A stretch of 61,438 nt of DNA, counting the filler, from Basidiobolus ranarum (Eukaryota), in the NCBI GenBank assembly GCA_040143965.1. It is 7 parts of 7 records of this genome, joined end to end, with 100 filler letters (N's around TTAATTAATTAA, not from the genome) between each part and the next. Parts side by side here need not be neighbours in the genome. Positions count along the whole stretch, not along the records: positions 8,814 to 17,520 come from JASJQH010007811.1; positions 17,621 to 26,321 come from JASJQH010007812.1; 5 more parts are not named here. One strand, written 5' to 3'. A program made the position numbers and the translations under genes. Positions 12,319 through 26,421 of the stretch are shown one piece after another. Within the stretch, counting starts at the first letter, position 1, and each line of letters opens with the position of its first letter. Below the pieces are notes generated by a model. It had not been told where the DNA came from. It made no database searches and worked only from the letters and a program-made list of their open reading frames with translations.

Positions 12319-13878
12319 AGCTTTTGTATTACTTTAGCAACTTTTCAAACCACTTCCTTTATATTAATTATGTTTCTAGCATAATTTCGATTACCGACTC
12401 GCAATAGGCGTACGAACTTTACTCTCCACTACTGTGCCTCGAAACAACTCCAAATAGCATTAGTTCTTTCTCTGTGAGAAAAAATTGACCACCTTCTCTT
12501 TGCATTCTACACTACACTACATTACACTGCACTGCACATTTGTATTATTTATCTTAAGCACTACTTTGCTGATAGCAAAAACACATTCTTACCTTGGTTA
12601 TTTTTCTATCCCGACTTATTTCCATTCAGGCTCTTGTCATTGGTAATCCCCCAGCGATTTATTTTCAAAAATATCTATTTACTTTTTCTGTCGTCTACTT
12701 TTGCTCACCTATTTGAAACGATGTATTCCTGAATAATATGCTCTGTGGCGTTTTAAGAGTTGATATCATTATTTCACACACTTGCTGGTACTATTTACAA
12801 TATTGTAAGTATGCAGCGATTTGGAAGATTGGCATGTCTTTACAGATAAGGTAATATTTTCATCTCACAAGACGCTTCTTGATTGAATCATTATTTTCAC
12901 CAAGTGAAACCTTTGCCACTCAAGGGGGCTTAGTATTTCTTCATTACCTTGGCAGAGCTCTAATTTCACTAACATTCAACTCAAACTTTGGAGCAGGTGG
13001 CTCATGGTGATGTTGGGAAGATTGTGGCAGTCGAGTTGAATTAATTGAGAGCGAAATGAGCAGATATTGGCGTACCTTAAACAGTGTTTATTGTCTCATC
13101 CTAGTTTTCAACTGGGAGTGGGTTGTAGATCGGCACTTTCCAGAGAATGTTTAATGCTAGTCAAACATACAACAGACCTCATGGTTTACTCAGCTTGCAC
13201 CATTGTGGCTCTATCATCAATACTGTCGACACAGTAAGAGTTGACTTTTTAGTGGTACGCTATGGCTATCAAAGCGTTCTGACTGGAGCTATGTTTGCAT
13301 GAGATTTTGAACTACAAATGATCCAAGTTGTGAACCCCGTTTGACCGTACAGTTTGGAATGGCACTTACATTTAATATATGATCCATATGAATCTTCGAG
13401 TGGACGATGTACACAGAAGAGTGTTGTGGGTTGATCTCCTTTTCACTCGTTTCTCCTTAACACGGTTCCAAATGTGTTGAAACCAACTATGTTGTGGCAG
13501 ATAATCGTGTTGAGTAGATATTAGAGAACACCCTGAGTTGGTTTGCAGAATCAAAGATATACAATGAATTCCTCGATCCAGACCCGATATTGACTGCACG
13601 CTGGAAGACAAGATTTGGTTTTCGAATTTGCAAATACGGGTATTTTGAAAGCTCATTAACTAATAGGTGCCATGTAGATAGCTCCACCAGGTCTAATCCT
13701 GAAGAGAATCGGTATAAATAGAAGCCTTATGTAACGGTCATGTGCGTTTTTATAATTCGCAAATCACTTGTTGATGATTTTAAACAAAGACGTTCTTAAC
13801 AAAGATATCATAACATTAGCGTAGGAACAACGCTCTAAAACCTTCTCATTGCGTTATTTTTTGTCAAGCCTAAGCATC

Positions 13879-15261
13879 ATGACATTCACTATGAACCTTG
13901 CAAGCTGGTCCCTCAAAGAAAAAATCTATATTCCGCTTACCATCGGATGGAACCTTTTCTTGCTGTTAACAACTACGGTTTCCCTGCTTCAGTACCGAAC
14001 CCCATCAATTAGATACCGAGGTGTATTGCTGTCCCTGTGCATGGTTTTGGCTAACTCCCTAATTGTAACATTGTATTTAGGTCGCGAATCGTGGATTGAT
14101 GAGTTTCCTTGCTATATCAGCCTTTGGGTATCTTCAATCATGATGCCACTTTGGCTACTTGCAGTAGGGGGAAGATTTTTACGTCTCGCGTTTCTTTACC
14201 ACTTTAGTCAAGCGAAATTGATGGCAGGATCCAACAATTCAGTGAATGGAGAACTTACTGTTGTCCATGTCGAAAGTGGTGACGATCAAAGTCTAGTTGA
14301 AACGAATACTCTGCATAAGGCATTTGTCTCTCGACAGCAATCCTCAGTCTTTATACCAATCACCATTTTAGATGAAAATTGGTACTATCGTCATCGGAAT
14401 AAGTTCACTACCAAAGCAATATTCAAGTTTATACTGGGCGGGTTGTTGCTTCAAATAGCCTTAACCGGACTTGTACAGGCATTTAGTACGAAGTTTGCTA
14501 TATTGCCAAGTCCAGCCAGAGGGAATTGTCTAACCGGGTGGGAGTTTACTCCAGTTTTTCTAACTTCTGGATTTTATGTATTTGCCATGTGTCCAATCTT
14601 TATCTCTTGGCTTAAAGGTGTAAATGATGCTTATGGCATAAAACGTGAACTCACGGCGGATTTTACTGTGGGTGTTGCTTCCTTTGTGTTGTATATCATA
14701 TTCGCAGCGATCCCTCTTTTCAACGGTTTCAACAAGGTATTTCCGGCGGCTCACTGGAGTGTGCTTGCTTTAATGATAAGTCATATTTGCAGTATCGTTT
14801 TACCAGCAATTGACGCCATACATGGTGCGTGCAACAAACAGAGTAAAACAAGCTTTTCAAGTTTCGAGTCTATGCTGGGTGATTCAACACAATTCGAACT
14901 TTTCAAGCATTTCTCTTTGAGAGATTTCAGCGTAGAAAATGCGTTATTTTATGAAAGGTGTATCCGTCTTCGACTGATGAGTTGTAAACAACCTGTAAGT
15001 GAAAAAGGGAAGCTAAATACGGATATATTGCTAGAGATCAATAGTATCTATCATACATTCATCTCTTCACAATCCGAATTTGAGTTAAACTTGGACGCCG
15101 CTACTGTGAGAGAGATACGTCGTCAATTTCAAGAAAAAAATATCACTCTGACTATATTTGATACTGCCCTTAACGAAGTAAGGAACCTGATGTACAGACA
15201 TACTTTCCCAAGATATGTCAAATTAAGAGAGAAAAGTTTGAATGAATCAGGTATATTCTAA
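13879..15261 (+). CDS. 7TM receptor-like protein with C-terminal RGS domain (GprK-like)
   Basis: About 7 hydrophobic segments and a DAYGIKREL loop. RGS motifs FSVENALFYE, IYHTFI...FELNLD and IFDTALNEVRNLMYRHTFPRY. First ATG at 13879. Confidence 0.87.
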   Translation: MTFTMNLASWSLKEKIYIPLTIGWNLFLLLTTTVSLLQYRTPSIRYRGVLLSLCMVLANSLIVTLYLGRESWIDEFPCYISLWVSSIMMPLWLLAVGGRFLRLAFLYHFSQAKLMAGSNNSVNGELTVVHVESGDDQSLVETNTLHKAFVSRQQSSVFIPITILDENWYYRHRNKFTTKAIFKFILGGLLLQIALTGLVQAFSTKFAILPSPARGNCLTGWEFTPVFLTSGFYVFAMCPIFISWLKGVNDAYGIKRELTADFTVGVASFVLYIIFAAIPLFNGFNKVFPAAHWSVLALMISHICSIVLPAIDAIHGACNKQSKTSFSSFESMLGDSTQFELFKHFSLRDFSVENALFYERCIRLRLMSCKQPVSEKGKLNTDILLEINSIYHTFISSQSEFELNLDAATVREIRRQFQEKNITLTIFDTALNEVRNLMYRHTFPRYVKLREKSLNESGIF

Positions 15262-15573
15262 CATCTTTACAAACTCCCCCTTAAATATCCATCATCGTTT
15301 TACTATTCAGTAGAAGCAACTAAGTAATAGCTTTTATAAATAAACATAGACATATCCTTTTAGTCAATCGTCTCACAGTTGAGAGCGAAAGTTGTGTAAC
15401 ATGAAGTTTGCCAACTATGAGGATGTGTTCAAAAAAGCATACTTATGAAATAAAATTCGATTTAGTATCCTCTTTATTAAATCAGAAACCGCGTAAGATG
15501 CAGTGAATTAGCTTTAGAATTTCTATTAACAATATACGAATGAATAGGAAGGGAATGTACACGAATGTTACTT

Positions 15574-15882
15574 CTATGGAAAGAAGTGGGAAAGGTTGCT
15601 AAACAAGTATGTGGTAGGTTTATAGGTGATAGTAACCATCCTTTACCAATCCAGATTTTTGTTATGGCATAAACCAGCACACCCGGTATCCTCTTCTTGG
15701 TCATCTTCTGAAATATGTTCTTCAGCTTCGGTTTGTAGAGCCTGTCGGGCAATTCGCCTCTGCTGTTGCTCCTGAGAGAGGACATTACGCTTAAGTTTCT
15801 TGGAAGAAACAACAGATTCATTCTTCACTCTGCCACTTACGACAGGATAATAGCTTTGGGAGTCAAGGGTAGGTGTACGCAT
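15574..15882 (-). CDS. Small hypothetical protein (~86 aa), probable 48-nt intron 15599-15646
   Basis: ATG-started charged ORF (KKLKR...QEQQQRR...EEHISEDDQEED). A GTAAAG...TTAG intron would extend it to ...CAGLCHNKNLDCNLSHFFP*. No homology recognised. Confidence 0.35.
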
Positions 15883-17520
15883 GATAGTGGATAGAACAGA
15901 GGTGAAAAGTAGATGAAGCTTCGCAAAGGAATAGCAGGAAAGTCTGTGAAGAGCAAGATGAGGGAGAAAGTGAGGTGTATATACATCCGCTTAAAAGTGC
16001 AATATGCCCCATCCATACCATGATCCAGACCGTTCGATAAGTCATCCGACTTTACATGAAATCATCTATGAGAGTAGCAAAATCCAGCCTAGACGGGACT
16101 TGAACTACTACCCGTCACATATGAGCGAGTGCTGTGCATTAATTTTGGAAATGCCGCCTAGCGTTACACGGATTTCTGATTTGATATGGATGAACACAAT
16201 CTAGAGTATCCCCAGAGGGAAATTGTCTGAGTAATTAAATCAATGGAGTCGAGGCTTTCGATAGTCCCATACCCCATGAATATCAGACTCTGTTACAGTC
16301 ATTTTACTCGTGATCACCAGCTTTAACCCTCCTCTACAGATTACAGCTCACGAGGAATTGATGGAGCACTCTCTACCTGCCATTGGACGGCCGTAACATA
16401 ATAAGCTTGTTCGTATTTTGAAAATGAGAGTCTAAACCTTCATCGATCAGATCCAAATGCAGTATATATTGAGCAGGAACTGGAAACCATGAAAATCCCA
16501 GATGCAGGGCATTGTTGAGACTGATTTTTCCAGTACTCGTTCACAGTGCTGACTCTACTTACAACTGTCCCGCAGAATAGATATACCTCGCAGATATTCT
16601 TGCTAGTAAATATCCATGCTGCCATTGAGATAAGAACTTGAAATGAATCTCTATCACAAAGCCTGTCCCTTAATCATTAATGCCACGTAACACACCTTAA
16701 ACGTACAGTTAGCAAGCGATTTGTAAACAAGATAGAGTAAAATCAGCATTTGCTTGGCTAAGGTAGACTAAGAGCACCTTCTGCCCGCAATTCAGGTGGA
16801 CTAAGTACGCAGTCCGGCGGTCGTTGACATCTCACACCATCAAATTACTCGATGCTGTTCAGGACATAACCACAGCTCTATTTCTTCACACAAAGGTCTT
16901 TGTTGCACTTGAAGGTGGAAGTCAAGGGTACACTACATTTAATCGTTGATTCATATGTGAGACAATGTGGCACTGGCTGGATACACAAGCTGTGCAAAAT
17001 CCGTCTGAACCTTGCCTGTTTCATATCACTTAGTAACAAAGTAGGAAATGAATAAAATCCATCTTAAACTTCTACCTGGAATACTGAAATATGAGCCAGT
17101 GCGACCTTAACAATCAAGGTTTCGCAGAATTTACTGGTGAACTCGAATTGTATGTAGTTGGTATCATTCCTAGGGGTGCAGGCGCTTAATGTAGGGCGAT
17201 TATATAATCGAATGATCTCGTGGCTTCCGCTTATTCCGCCAATCTCCATTCCCGCTAATGTTCATTTCACGATGATATAGATAGCCAAATGACCATGGCC
17301 TCAATAGATACCTGATTCAGCACTTCTTGATTTGAGTAAATGGGATCAGAAAGCTATAAGCTTCGAAATACTGACCATTACTGGTTCTTATACATATCTC
17401 TTTAAATCGGCCCGATTTTAATCGCTATTGGGAACCTTAATTGCCCTGATAATCTAGGAAATTCGCAATTATTTGACGAACCCAGTTTAATGAGGAGCCC
17501 AAAAGAGGAAATAGATTCAC

Positions 17521-17620
17521 NNNNNNNNNNNNNNNNNNNNNNNNNNNNNNNNNNNNNNNNNNNNTTAATTAATTAANNNNNNNNNNNNNNNNNNNNNNNN
17601 NNNNNNNNNNNNNNNNNNNN
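17521..17620. other. Artificial contig linker
   Basis: N44-TTAATTAATTAA-N44. Confidence 0.98.
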
Positions 17621-20189
17621 TGCTTCTATCAGATACACCAACCAATTGACTGTGCTACCCCAATGTGTATCAGCTGATTGCAGTGCCACACCTTTATCAA
17701 GTACTAGAATCTTACTACTAAATAATCATATTCATATCACAAGAGCTATCCAGGATTTGAGTTTAGAAAAGGCACAATATCTTCACAGGAGAGATATGAA
17801 AATAAGCAAGAAGCTCTCTTAGTATAGCATTTAGTTTTACTAGTTTGACAGAAGTTATGAAGCATAAAATACACTTATTTGGAATGGCTAAAACTACAAC
17901 CAAAAAATGCTTAGAGTTTCAACATATAAATAAGGGTATGGTATAATGTCAGGCCAATACCAGAATAAGCCTAAGCCATAAATACAGTTACCATGACGTG
18001 AGAAAAATGGGAGGGCCAACTCATTACTTCAAAAGTAATGAGAATTTGCCATACATTCGATGCTAATATAGAAGAAAGATGTAAAAATCCAGATGCAGGG
18101 CTTCTGAAATATAAGACTGATGATTGAATTAAGGCTATATATGATTGAGAAGAGGTATGGTTTTGAGAAGTTCAAGTAATGGAAATCTGTATTTGTTATA
18201 AACATACAATACTCAAAATACAAAAAGTGGCTAGGAGTAGAGTCTCAAGACACAGGAGATATAGTATTTGCTACATGTTAAGTTTGTATAACTCCTTGAG
18301 AGCTAATATTTAACAATAGGTATCAGGCTAGGACCTACCAACAAAAACTGCAGTGGTAAGAAATGAGAGATATAAAATAAACAAGGTTTGAATTTTTAGC
18401 ATATGATGTGAAGTTCTAATTGTAATGAGCAATTATTTATAGTTCATTGACTGCTCTCATTTTATCAAGGTACAATGAAGAAAAAAGAAAGGTAAAGTAA
18501 TACTAACTGTTAGCAACTATGAAAATGAGAGCTGCACAGGTAGTATGAGTTGATGATATGAGCATAGTCTGTATAGTGCCCTGACTTATATTAACAGGAA
18601 AGGAATATTGCAAAATGAATGAAAAGTAAAAGAGGAATCAGAAGCAAGGTACAAGTAGCATTGCTTTGAATGCTAGCTCACAAGTGATAGAGTTAGAAGT
18701 GATTAGAGACAGGGGTGATATGCCACTTTTAGAAATATTTCTTTGCAATGCAGGATACCAGCCTTTGCAGCAGCTTGATTGCAGGACATTAATTCTTATT
18801 TGGTGTGTTTTGCTTTGCCATAATAGATATGGGTTATTCAAGCTCAAAATATCTGGAGGTAAGATAGTGTCTCTTCTATACTTTTGTCCTTTTAACAGCT
18901 CTTGAGTAGAATTTGTCATCAAGTGTTGCTTGCATGATATGACACTTGCTCATATAAGCTAAAGAATACTATACATGTTGTTATTTCACTTTAAATACTA
19001 TATCACCGTAACAGAGGCCATTGAGCTGGTTACGTCATCAAAATACTCATCTCCCAGTTAATACAACTTGGGAAAGAACTGGTTTAACTTTGGTAATTAT
19101 CAAATAGTTATATCTGGTAATTGCTTTCAGTTTTTGCATGCTACTACTATTTGATTTTGTTATATCTATGTTGACTTGATTAAATAATAGCTCATTGTTA
19201 GCAATGAATTTATCATTCTGCCGACCAATGTCATGCTGACACTATAGAATGAGTTACTGCAAGAGCAATGCCTGAGTCTATGGTAATTGTAATCTATAAA
19301 TTCCTCTGCACTGCTCTAAGTAGGCAGCCTATATGCTGATCCAACATTGAAGTTATCAATTAGTGCTAATTCATGATTGGTATTTTCATAAAATTGGAAT
19401 TGAACTGATTATCAGGATCCTTTGATACCTGCATTAACAGATGTACTAATTTGCCTAGAGAGTGATTATCAACCTGTGTTAGGATAAAAAATGGTGATAA
19501 ATTGATTTGACATAAAGTTACTTGCACAGTGATTGTTCAATCAGGCTATGCCTTGCTTGATTATAACTGTGAATTTTGAAATAAACATTGCATAACTAAT
19601 TTATATGGTTATTAATCTTGTAACTTCCCAGTCAAGTTAAAGAGTTATCAAAAATTAGTCATATTCCTTACTAGCTATCTCTATTGCTGATGTACTTACT
19701 CCTTTGATATAATCATTATTGCACTACCTATCCAAGAATGTTGAATTTATTCTCTTTGTGCTCCATATTGATTTTTTGAAATGTCACGACTTTGTTTGAA
19801 GATTTTTGCAAATCTCTGATTCACAAACTGGGTACACCAAATTACTAATGAAACAGGGCACAAGTAACAATTTGCTAGATCCTAATGATTAACCAGCAAC
19901 ACCAGTCCTACAGTAGCAGAGTATGGTATTACATAAAGAAAATATAAAAAGTGAAATTGAGTCTAGGCAGTATTAGTGTGTTTGTTATGCTTGGAAAAAA
20001 TGCTCCCATTCAAATTGTGAAGATACAGCTGAAAATATGGCAGGTGGCAGGTACTTGCTTAGAAGTATTTACATAGTTAAAGTATGGCCTTTTGATAGGG
20101 CATCTCAAGTTGTATAAAGTTGTGCTGCAATTCCTGATGTTTTATGTCAATCTTCACCAAGCAATATCAGATTTCATTGTAATATATTC

Positions 20190-21750
20190 CCTTTAACATG
20201 CCCCATCTTGCATTTTTCTTGCCACCATACCTTTTGCAATCTATCAGTACTCTGTAGCACTGCACAAACTATCATTTTGATGTGCTGCACATAGTATGTT
20301 CTTAAACCTGTAACTACAGGTATTTGCAATTAGCATTTCCTACTGCTTAGACATCTTCAGTGTGGCATATTGCATGCTTTCTATCTTCAAACCTTTTGGG
20401 ATTTGCCAGTAGTGTTTGAAGCAGCATAGACTTAGCTTTTAGTGTTATGCATACCTGTTGTTTTGCCTTCTGATGTTTTCTTGGCATCATTTACTTTTTA
20501 TTGTTTCCCACACCACCTGCCTCTTTGAAAAATACACTTCATCATTTGCTAGTAGCTTCTTTCACTGCCCAAATTCTGCTTAATAGTATGTTTAAAGTGC
20601 AAGTTTCCTGGTACATACTATTTGCAGGTAACATACCATGTCTAATTTTTTAAAAGGCTTAGGAACATGAAAACTGAGCAATTCATCTTTCCAATATGTT
20701 CATTTCTGAGTACTAATCTATCTATCTCTAGGCAATATTCTTGAGCACTTAATAGACTCTTTTGGAATATGGGCTAAATCTGCTGTTTGTTCATAAGTGT
20801 GTCCTACTTGTATCACAACTCTCACCATCAACAAATCCTATTTTTTGACTATCAAATCTTCCACAATGAGCACTTCTCTTAATGGTGTTAATAATGGTTA
20901 TCTCTTGGTTCAAAACTTATATTGCATATTCCCAGTTCTTGGGACTCTGTTAATTGTTACATGAGTGATGCCAATGCCCATTGCTAGTATCATCATCTCC
21001 TCATCAGTTGTTATTGGATTTTAGTTTATCATATGTTAGCACTCCATAGCACTTTAAAGAAATGCTCAAACTATTACAATTGGCTGCTCTTTCTTGTTAC
21101 CTTATCTGCTCTTTAGAGACACTGCGTAAACAGTTTTCAACAATCATTGGATTTTGTTACCATACTATTCAGTGCTTGCTGATGCTTTTTGTACTCATAG
21201 CTCTGTTCTTCAGGCTCTTACAATCTGTGTGATTTCTTGATATTATGCCCTTGGTTAATTGTGCTTCTTCTTTAGCACATTGTCTATGCTAATCTGAGTT
21301 TTCCTGATACCCCTATTTCATAGTACTGTGTTTTCATCATTTAGTAGAAATCTTGAGCATCCTGCATATTCTTGTTGAAGTGTTTGCTATACAAGTGGTG
21401 TCTTGACAACAAATATGTGCTCTATTTTGTGCAGTCTTTAGGTTGCTCAAGTGTTTATAGTAAGTTGTTCCCTGTCTGTGCAATTCTTAGCAATTATAGT
21501 TGTTGATTAGTCTTGCTCATTTGTTGACTTTGCACTATGTATCACTCATATTGATTGCTCCTTGGCACTATATCCTTCATTGTTTACCAGTGGTCTTTTA
21601 CACTTCAGAGACTTTGCATTAAGTGATTGCTACACTAGAGGCTTCTTAGCATCACCTACTTTGGCTTTGTCTGGTAATTTTTAGGTCATACTTAACTCTG
21701 TTCTTAAGTACTTTTGAAGTGCTCCTGCAACTATCTTCTATCTTATATTC
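20190..21750. repeat. Degenerate ~84-bp tandem repeat array, block 1
   Basis: Recurring unit resembling CTTTAAGTG..CCCATACC..TTTCTTGGCACCATACCTTTTGTCATTTGTCAGCAGTCTTTAGCACTGCA..AACTCTG. Best-preserved copy starts at 20191. Boundaries approximate. Confidence 0.7.
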
Positions 21751-23059
21751 TAACTTCAGGTCTATTATCTATCAAAAAGGTTGGCCATGTCACATGTTTG
21801 CATCTAAAACTTCATTTTGGTATACAAGTTTTGACTGCAAGTCTAGTACTCTCAAGGTAAAGATAAAACTGCTTGGAGCTTGTGAATTTTTGGGCATAAT
21901 TAGAATCTTGAATTGCAGACTTTAAGTTCATTGCATTGAACATCACTCACTGATGGTTTAATGGGAAATAAGATAAATGGATGTATGTAGATACTAACAA
22001 TCATGCCTCTAAAAATGGCTGAGGGTGGGTGAATAGGGGTATTGGAATGATAGTGTATTAATGGAATTTGCTGTGGAAACAAATGTTTGCTCTAAAAGAT
22101 ATGAGAGGCCCTACATGTATTAAACTTTCTTCATCAGGTGAGCAGATGGGCTGATGAGCAGATGACTCACCTTCTGATCAACAGTTTGGAAAGCACAAAA
22201 CAACTTTGGCTGAGACTTAAAATAATGAATCTTCACTTCCTAAGACATATGGTCTAATCATACCTAGGTATAGCACCAGTCAAGATCTTGCTGATTGGGT
22301 GATCCTTTTAATAAGCTGCAATGAGCATTAATACTAACTAAAATAGCAATCTCATTAACTACCTAAGTATATTCCTATATAGAAGGCATGTATGAACCTT
22401 TAAGATTATTTAAGGTGGATGTATTTCTATAGTGAAAGTTATTTAAGATGATCTCATCACCATATCTATTACTTAGCACAATAAACACTCATACAGAATG
22501 CAAAAACTTAGTACAATCTGATCAGCATATGAGTTAACTAACTACTACACCTAACAAGTTTAAAATTTAATATTGCATTTCAAGTGTCTTGCATTCCAAT
22601 TGTTTCTTGTCCACATATCCTGAGTAACTCTCATGCAACTCTCCTCCAAGCGTTACCATATCATGACTAAAAATAGCATCTGATGCTGTGGTTTTGGTTT
22701 AATCAGCCAAGTAAATGTTTGATAAGAAGTATGCATTTGAGAGAAGTAATAAAATAACTAGACTTTACCACTGATTTGGTAAATGCATTGACAAGTTACA
22801 TTTTAGTATTGTCAACAAGCAAAATCCATCAAGTTCTGGTTTACTACTATTAATTTGAGTTTCACCCCTTGCCCATAATAATGTAAAAGGTAAACATAGA
22901 GGCTCTACTAAGAACTAATGAAAACTTGGGACTAATTAGCCACTGCTGCTTTCTTTATGTTGCTTACACAACTATCATTAATATATCTGTATTGACTTCC
23001 CTAATGGCTGAAGTACCAAATTTTATATTGAGATGAATAACCTTATTACACTCACAAAC

Positions 23060-24950
23060 TGCATATTGAAAGCATAGCCCTATCATTTTTTACCATACTT
23101 CATGACTTTTGAGTCTCTGTTGTTAAAGTTTGCCATAATCATTGTTTCTTGGCTGCATACCCATGGCTCATCCTGGTGGTATTTGGCACTGCATACAATC
23201 TATTTTTAGCTAGTCACATACCTACATTTACTTGGCATTATACCAATCTTGCTTTACAGAAGTGCTTTTCATATTTAAAAGATTCTCAAGCAAATTTTTC
23301 CCAAATCATTCTTAGTTATCATTGTATCTTTTAGCACTTATCAGTGATCTTTAGGATATTTGAATGCTCCTTTGGGTATCTCCTGCATAATTGTTTTCCT
23401 AACACCATACCTTCTATTATTTTCCAGCAGTCTTTTTGCTGCTTAAACTCTCTCTTTGGTGCATCCCATACCATCTGTATGTAGTGTTCTATCTTCTGTT
23501 CAATGCCAACCATTGTTATCACTGCATAGAATATACTTTCAGTGGCTTCCAACCCTGATACTTTTTACATCTTTATTGCTTTCTATATAAGTTGTTGCGG
23601 TTGACCTATGCCTTTTGTTATTAGTCTACTGTCTTAATCACTGCTTAGACAATGCTTTAAGTGGATATGTATCAATTTTCCCATGTCACCATGCCATTTG
23701 TCATTGGACAGCAGTCTGGAGCACTTCAAGGACTCTTGTTTGCATCTTTTACCCACCTGATCTCTGCTTTTGCCAAACACTTCATGATTTCCCAGTAGAT
23801 ACCAAAACAGCATGGACTGTGTTTAAGCTTTCTCATACTCCCAATTTCCCAGCACCATACTATTCAAGACTGGTCACTCATCTTTTGCACTGCATTGACT
23901 TTGCTTTAAGATCTTCCTATAGTCATTGTTACTGGGCACCATTTGTATTCTCACTGGTTGGTAGTTTTGTACACTACTTGAACTCTCCATTTACTAGTTA
24001 TGATATCTATTATTACCTAGCAACATAATTTTCATCATTTGTCAGCTATCTATACTACTTTATAGACTCTACTTCAAGTGGTTCCATCCACATTTTCTCT
24101 TGACACAATATAGTTTGTTTTTTGCCAGCAACTGTTAGAACTTTGTATCATCTCCTTTGAGTGTTTGCCACACAGCTTGTTTCATAGAGCTATACCTTTT
24201 GTCATTTGTTGTTAGACATATCGGCTGTGTGGACTCTACTCAAGCTCTTGCCATTGTACTTGTTTCTTAACTCCATACCAATTGTTTTTATCTTTAGCAG
24301 TGCATAATGTATAGACTATATGTCAAGGGTTGAGACAACTATACAATTGTGAGTTACTGGTAGCTTATTAGATGGCATGGCCACTGCTCTAAGCACTTCC
24401 CACACTCATTGTTTTTAGCACCATAACATGTATACCTGTTGTTGATTGTCAGTAGTCTTGAGCATAGCATGAACTCTGCTTTAAGTGTATCTATACCCAA
24501 AGTTTCTTGGCACCATATTGTTTCTCATTTGTCAGCTCTCCTTAGCATTATGCACATTTAAGACCAAGTGTTTCCCATACAACCATTTTTTGGAACCCAC
24601 CCCTTTGTCATTTGTCAGCAATCTTTGGAATTTTGCAAGGTCTCTGTTTAGTATGTCTTATTCTACTCCTCTCTTGGTATTTAATCATTTGTGATCAGTT
24701 TTTAGTACATCTTATGCTCTACTTCAAGTATAGAGCATACCAGATACTTGGTATCACACCCAGTATGTATGTCTGCAGTCTTTGGCACTGCAAAGATCTC
24801 CCTTGGGTGTTTTCCTTACCCATGGTTTCTCAACACCATGCACAAAGTTGCTTGTAAATGGACATATCAGCTGTAAGCAGTCAACAATGTAAGAGTCAAC
24901 ATGATTGACATATCTTTCTGGCAGTCTTTGAAGCCATCCACAATGGTTGT
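23060..24950. repeat. Degenerate ~84-bp tandem repeat array, block 2 (same orientation as block 1)
   Basis: The CATTTGTCAGC-like anchor recurs near 23619, 23702, 23786, 23868, 23952, 24036, 24119, 24203, then 24443, 24526, 24609, a spacing of 82-84 bp. Confidence 0.8.
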
Positions 24951-26321
24951 CAATTGGTTTGTGACAAAGATCATTGGCTACAAAATTCTTAAACAAAAAT
25001 GCATACTCATTCTTCACCATTGGCTAAGGTAGCAACAATCCTAGACTTGATGAAATGGAATGTGCATTTTGAGCAAAGAGTTTAATTAATACAACTTGTT
25101 GAGTGTTCATTAAAAGTTATGATTGACGCAATCTACAACCAACATCAATATGATTTGGTATTTCTGTATGATGTTGCATTTATATAAATTATGCTTAAAG
25201 ATCTGAACCTCCATAATTGATTCAACTGGAATAATAGCTTGGTGTTGGTGTGGATAGTGTAATTGGCCCCTACATAACTCTGTTATCCAATGGATAGTTC
25301 AACCCAACCATCACATCATCCCTCAACTACTTTATGATGGCTGTGATACTTTGTAAAGTTGTTTTTGCTTGTTCAACTGTGATACATCAACCATATTCTT
25401 TACCTAAGCTTGACAATCATGTGCTATGATTAGCTATTCATAGCAGCTTAATTGTTAGTTAGGTTATGAAAAATTTAGTACTATTAGTATATCAGTACTA
25501 TCCCCAGATCAGTATTATCAGTACCATCAGTTATTCCAATATCAATAAGTATTAGTCAGAATTCATATGATGTTCCAGTTGTTAGTTGTACTAGGACACA
25601 TGATAGTCTTATGATCATATTCCTTGGGAGGTCACTTGTACATATCCTTTAGCTCAGATCAACTGAGAAGACTGTCATTGGTGTAAACTAGAGTTAAGAT
25701 GCATCAATCACAGATATTTTATATGGTGGGGACTACTTGAGCAAGTACATTACATATAAACAGTGATCACAATCATTAATTGCCACATCTTAAAAAAATG
25801 TAGCTCCAATAAAGATGGGTAAGTCTTGTAACTCTAAGATCTAGACCAGTGAGAGAAATTTGCAATCTGTTGCTTAAGAAATAAACTCATAGTAACAATC
25901 AGATCAGAAGGGCTAGAAACAGCCACTAGTAAATACAAGTTTTATTATATGATATAGTCAATTACATATCTCTAGTTCATGGACATAAGCCTCAAAACTG
26001 GAAGAAATTGGAGATTATTGAGAGAATCTTACACACTTTACCTAAGTTAGCAAGTGATTATAGACAAAAATAGATGCAAGTTAATAAGCAACAAGATATC
26101 AAAAGGTGCCAAATAAGTATCTGGTCTGGTTTTAGTTAAACCTTTTTAATCAAGCTTTCCCAATGAGTAGGTTTTTTCAGATATTGCAACCTGCATTTTG
26201 GCACAAATTTGAGGTCACAGCCAAAGTGTTATTTGCATGTAGTATCAGTTTTCTGTTTAAATTCCATGTTCTGGAGCTAAGATACCTACACAATATCATC
26301 TCATGCATCCAGTACCATAGG

Positions 26322-26421
26322 NNNNNNNNNNNNNNNNNNNNNNNNNNNNNNNNNNNNNNNNNNNNTTAATTAATTAANNNNNNNNNNNNNNNNNNNNNNN
26401 NNNNNNNNNNNNNNNNNNNNN
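26322..26421. other. Artificial contig linker
   Basis: N44-TTAATTAATTAA-N44. Confidence 0.98.

Noticed and set aside
16440-17030. Cys-rich minus-strand frames with stops
   Set aside because: May be a decayed gene, but there is no recognisable pattern and no similarity to the 8-Cys family.
24370-24480. Minus-strand RLLTINNRY...ECGKC looked like a non-LTR retrotransposon zinc-binding domain
   Set aside because: Explained as units of the 84-bp repeat, and no RT motifs found nearby.
23060-24950. CRISPR-like repeat-spacer interpretation
   Set aside because: The whole unit is uniformly degenerate, with no constant repeat plus unique spacer, no cas genes, and a eukaryotic context.
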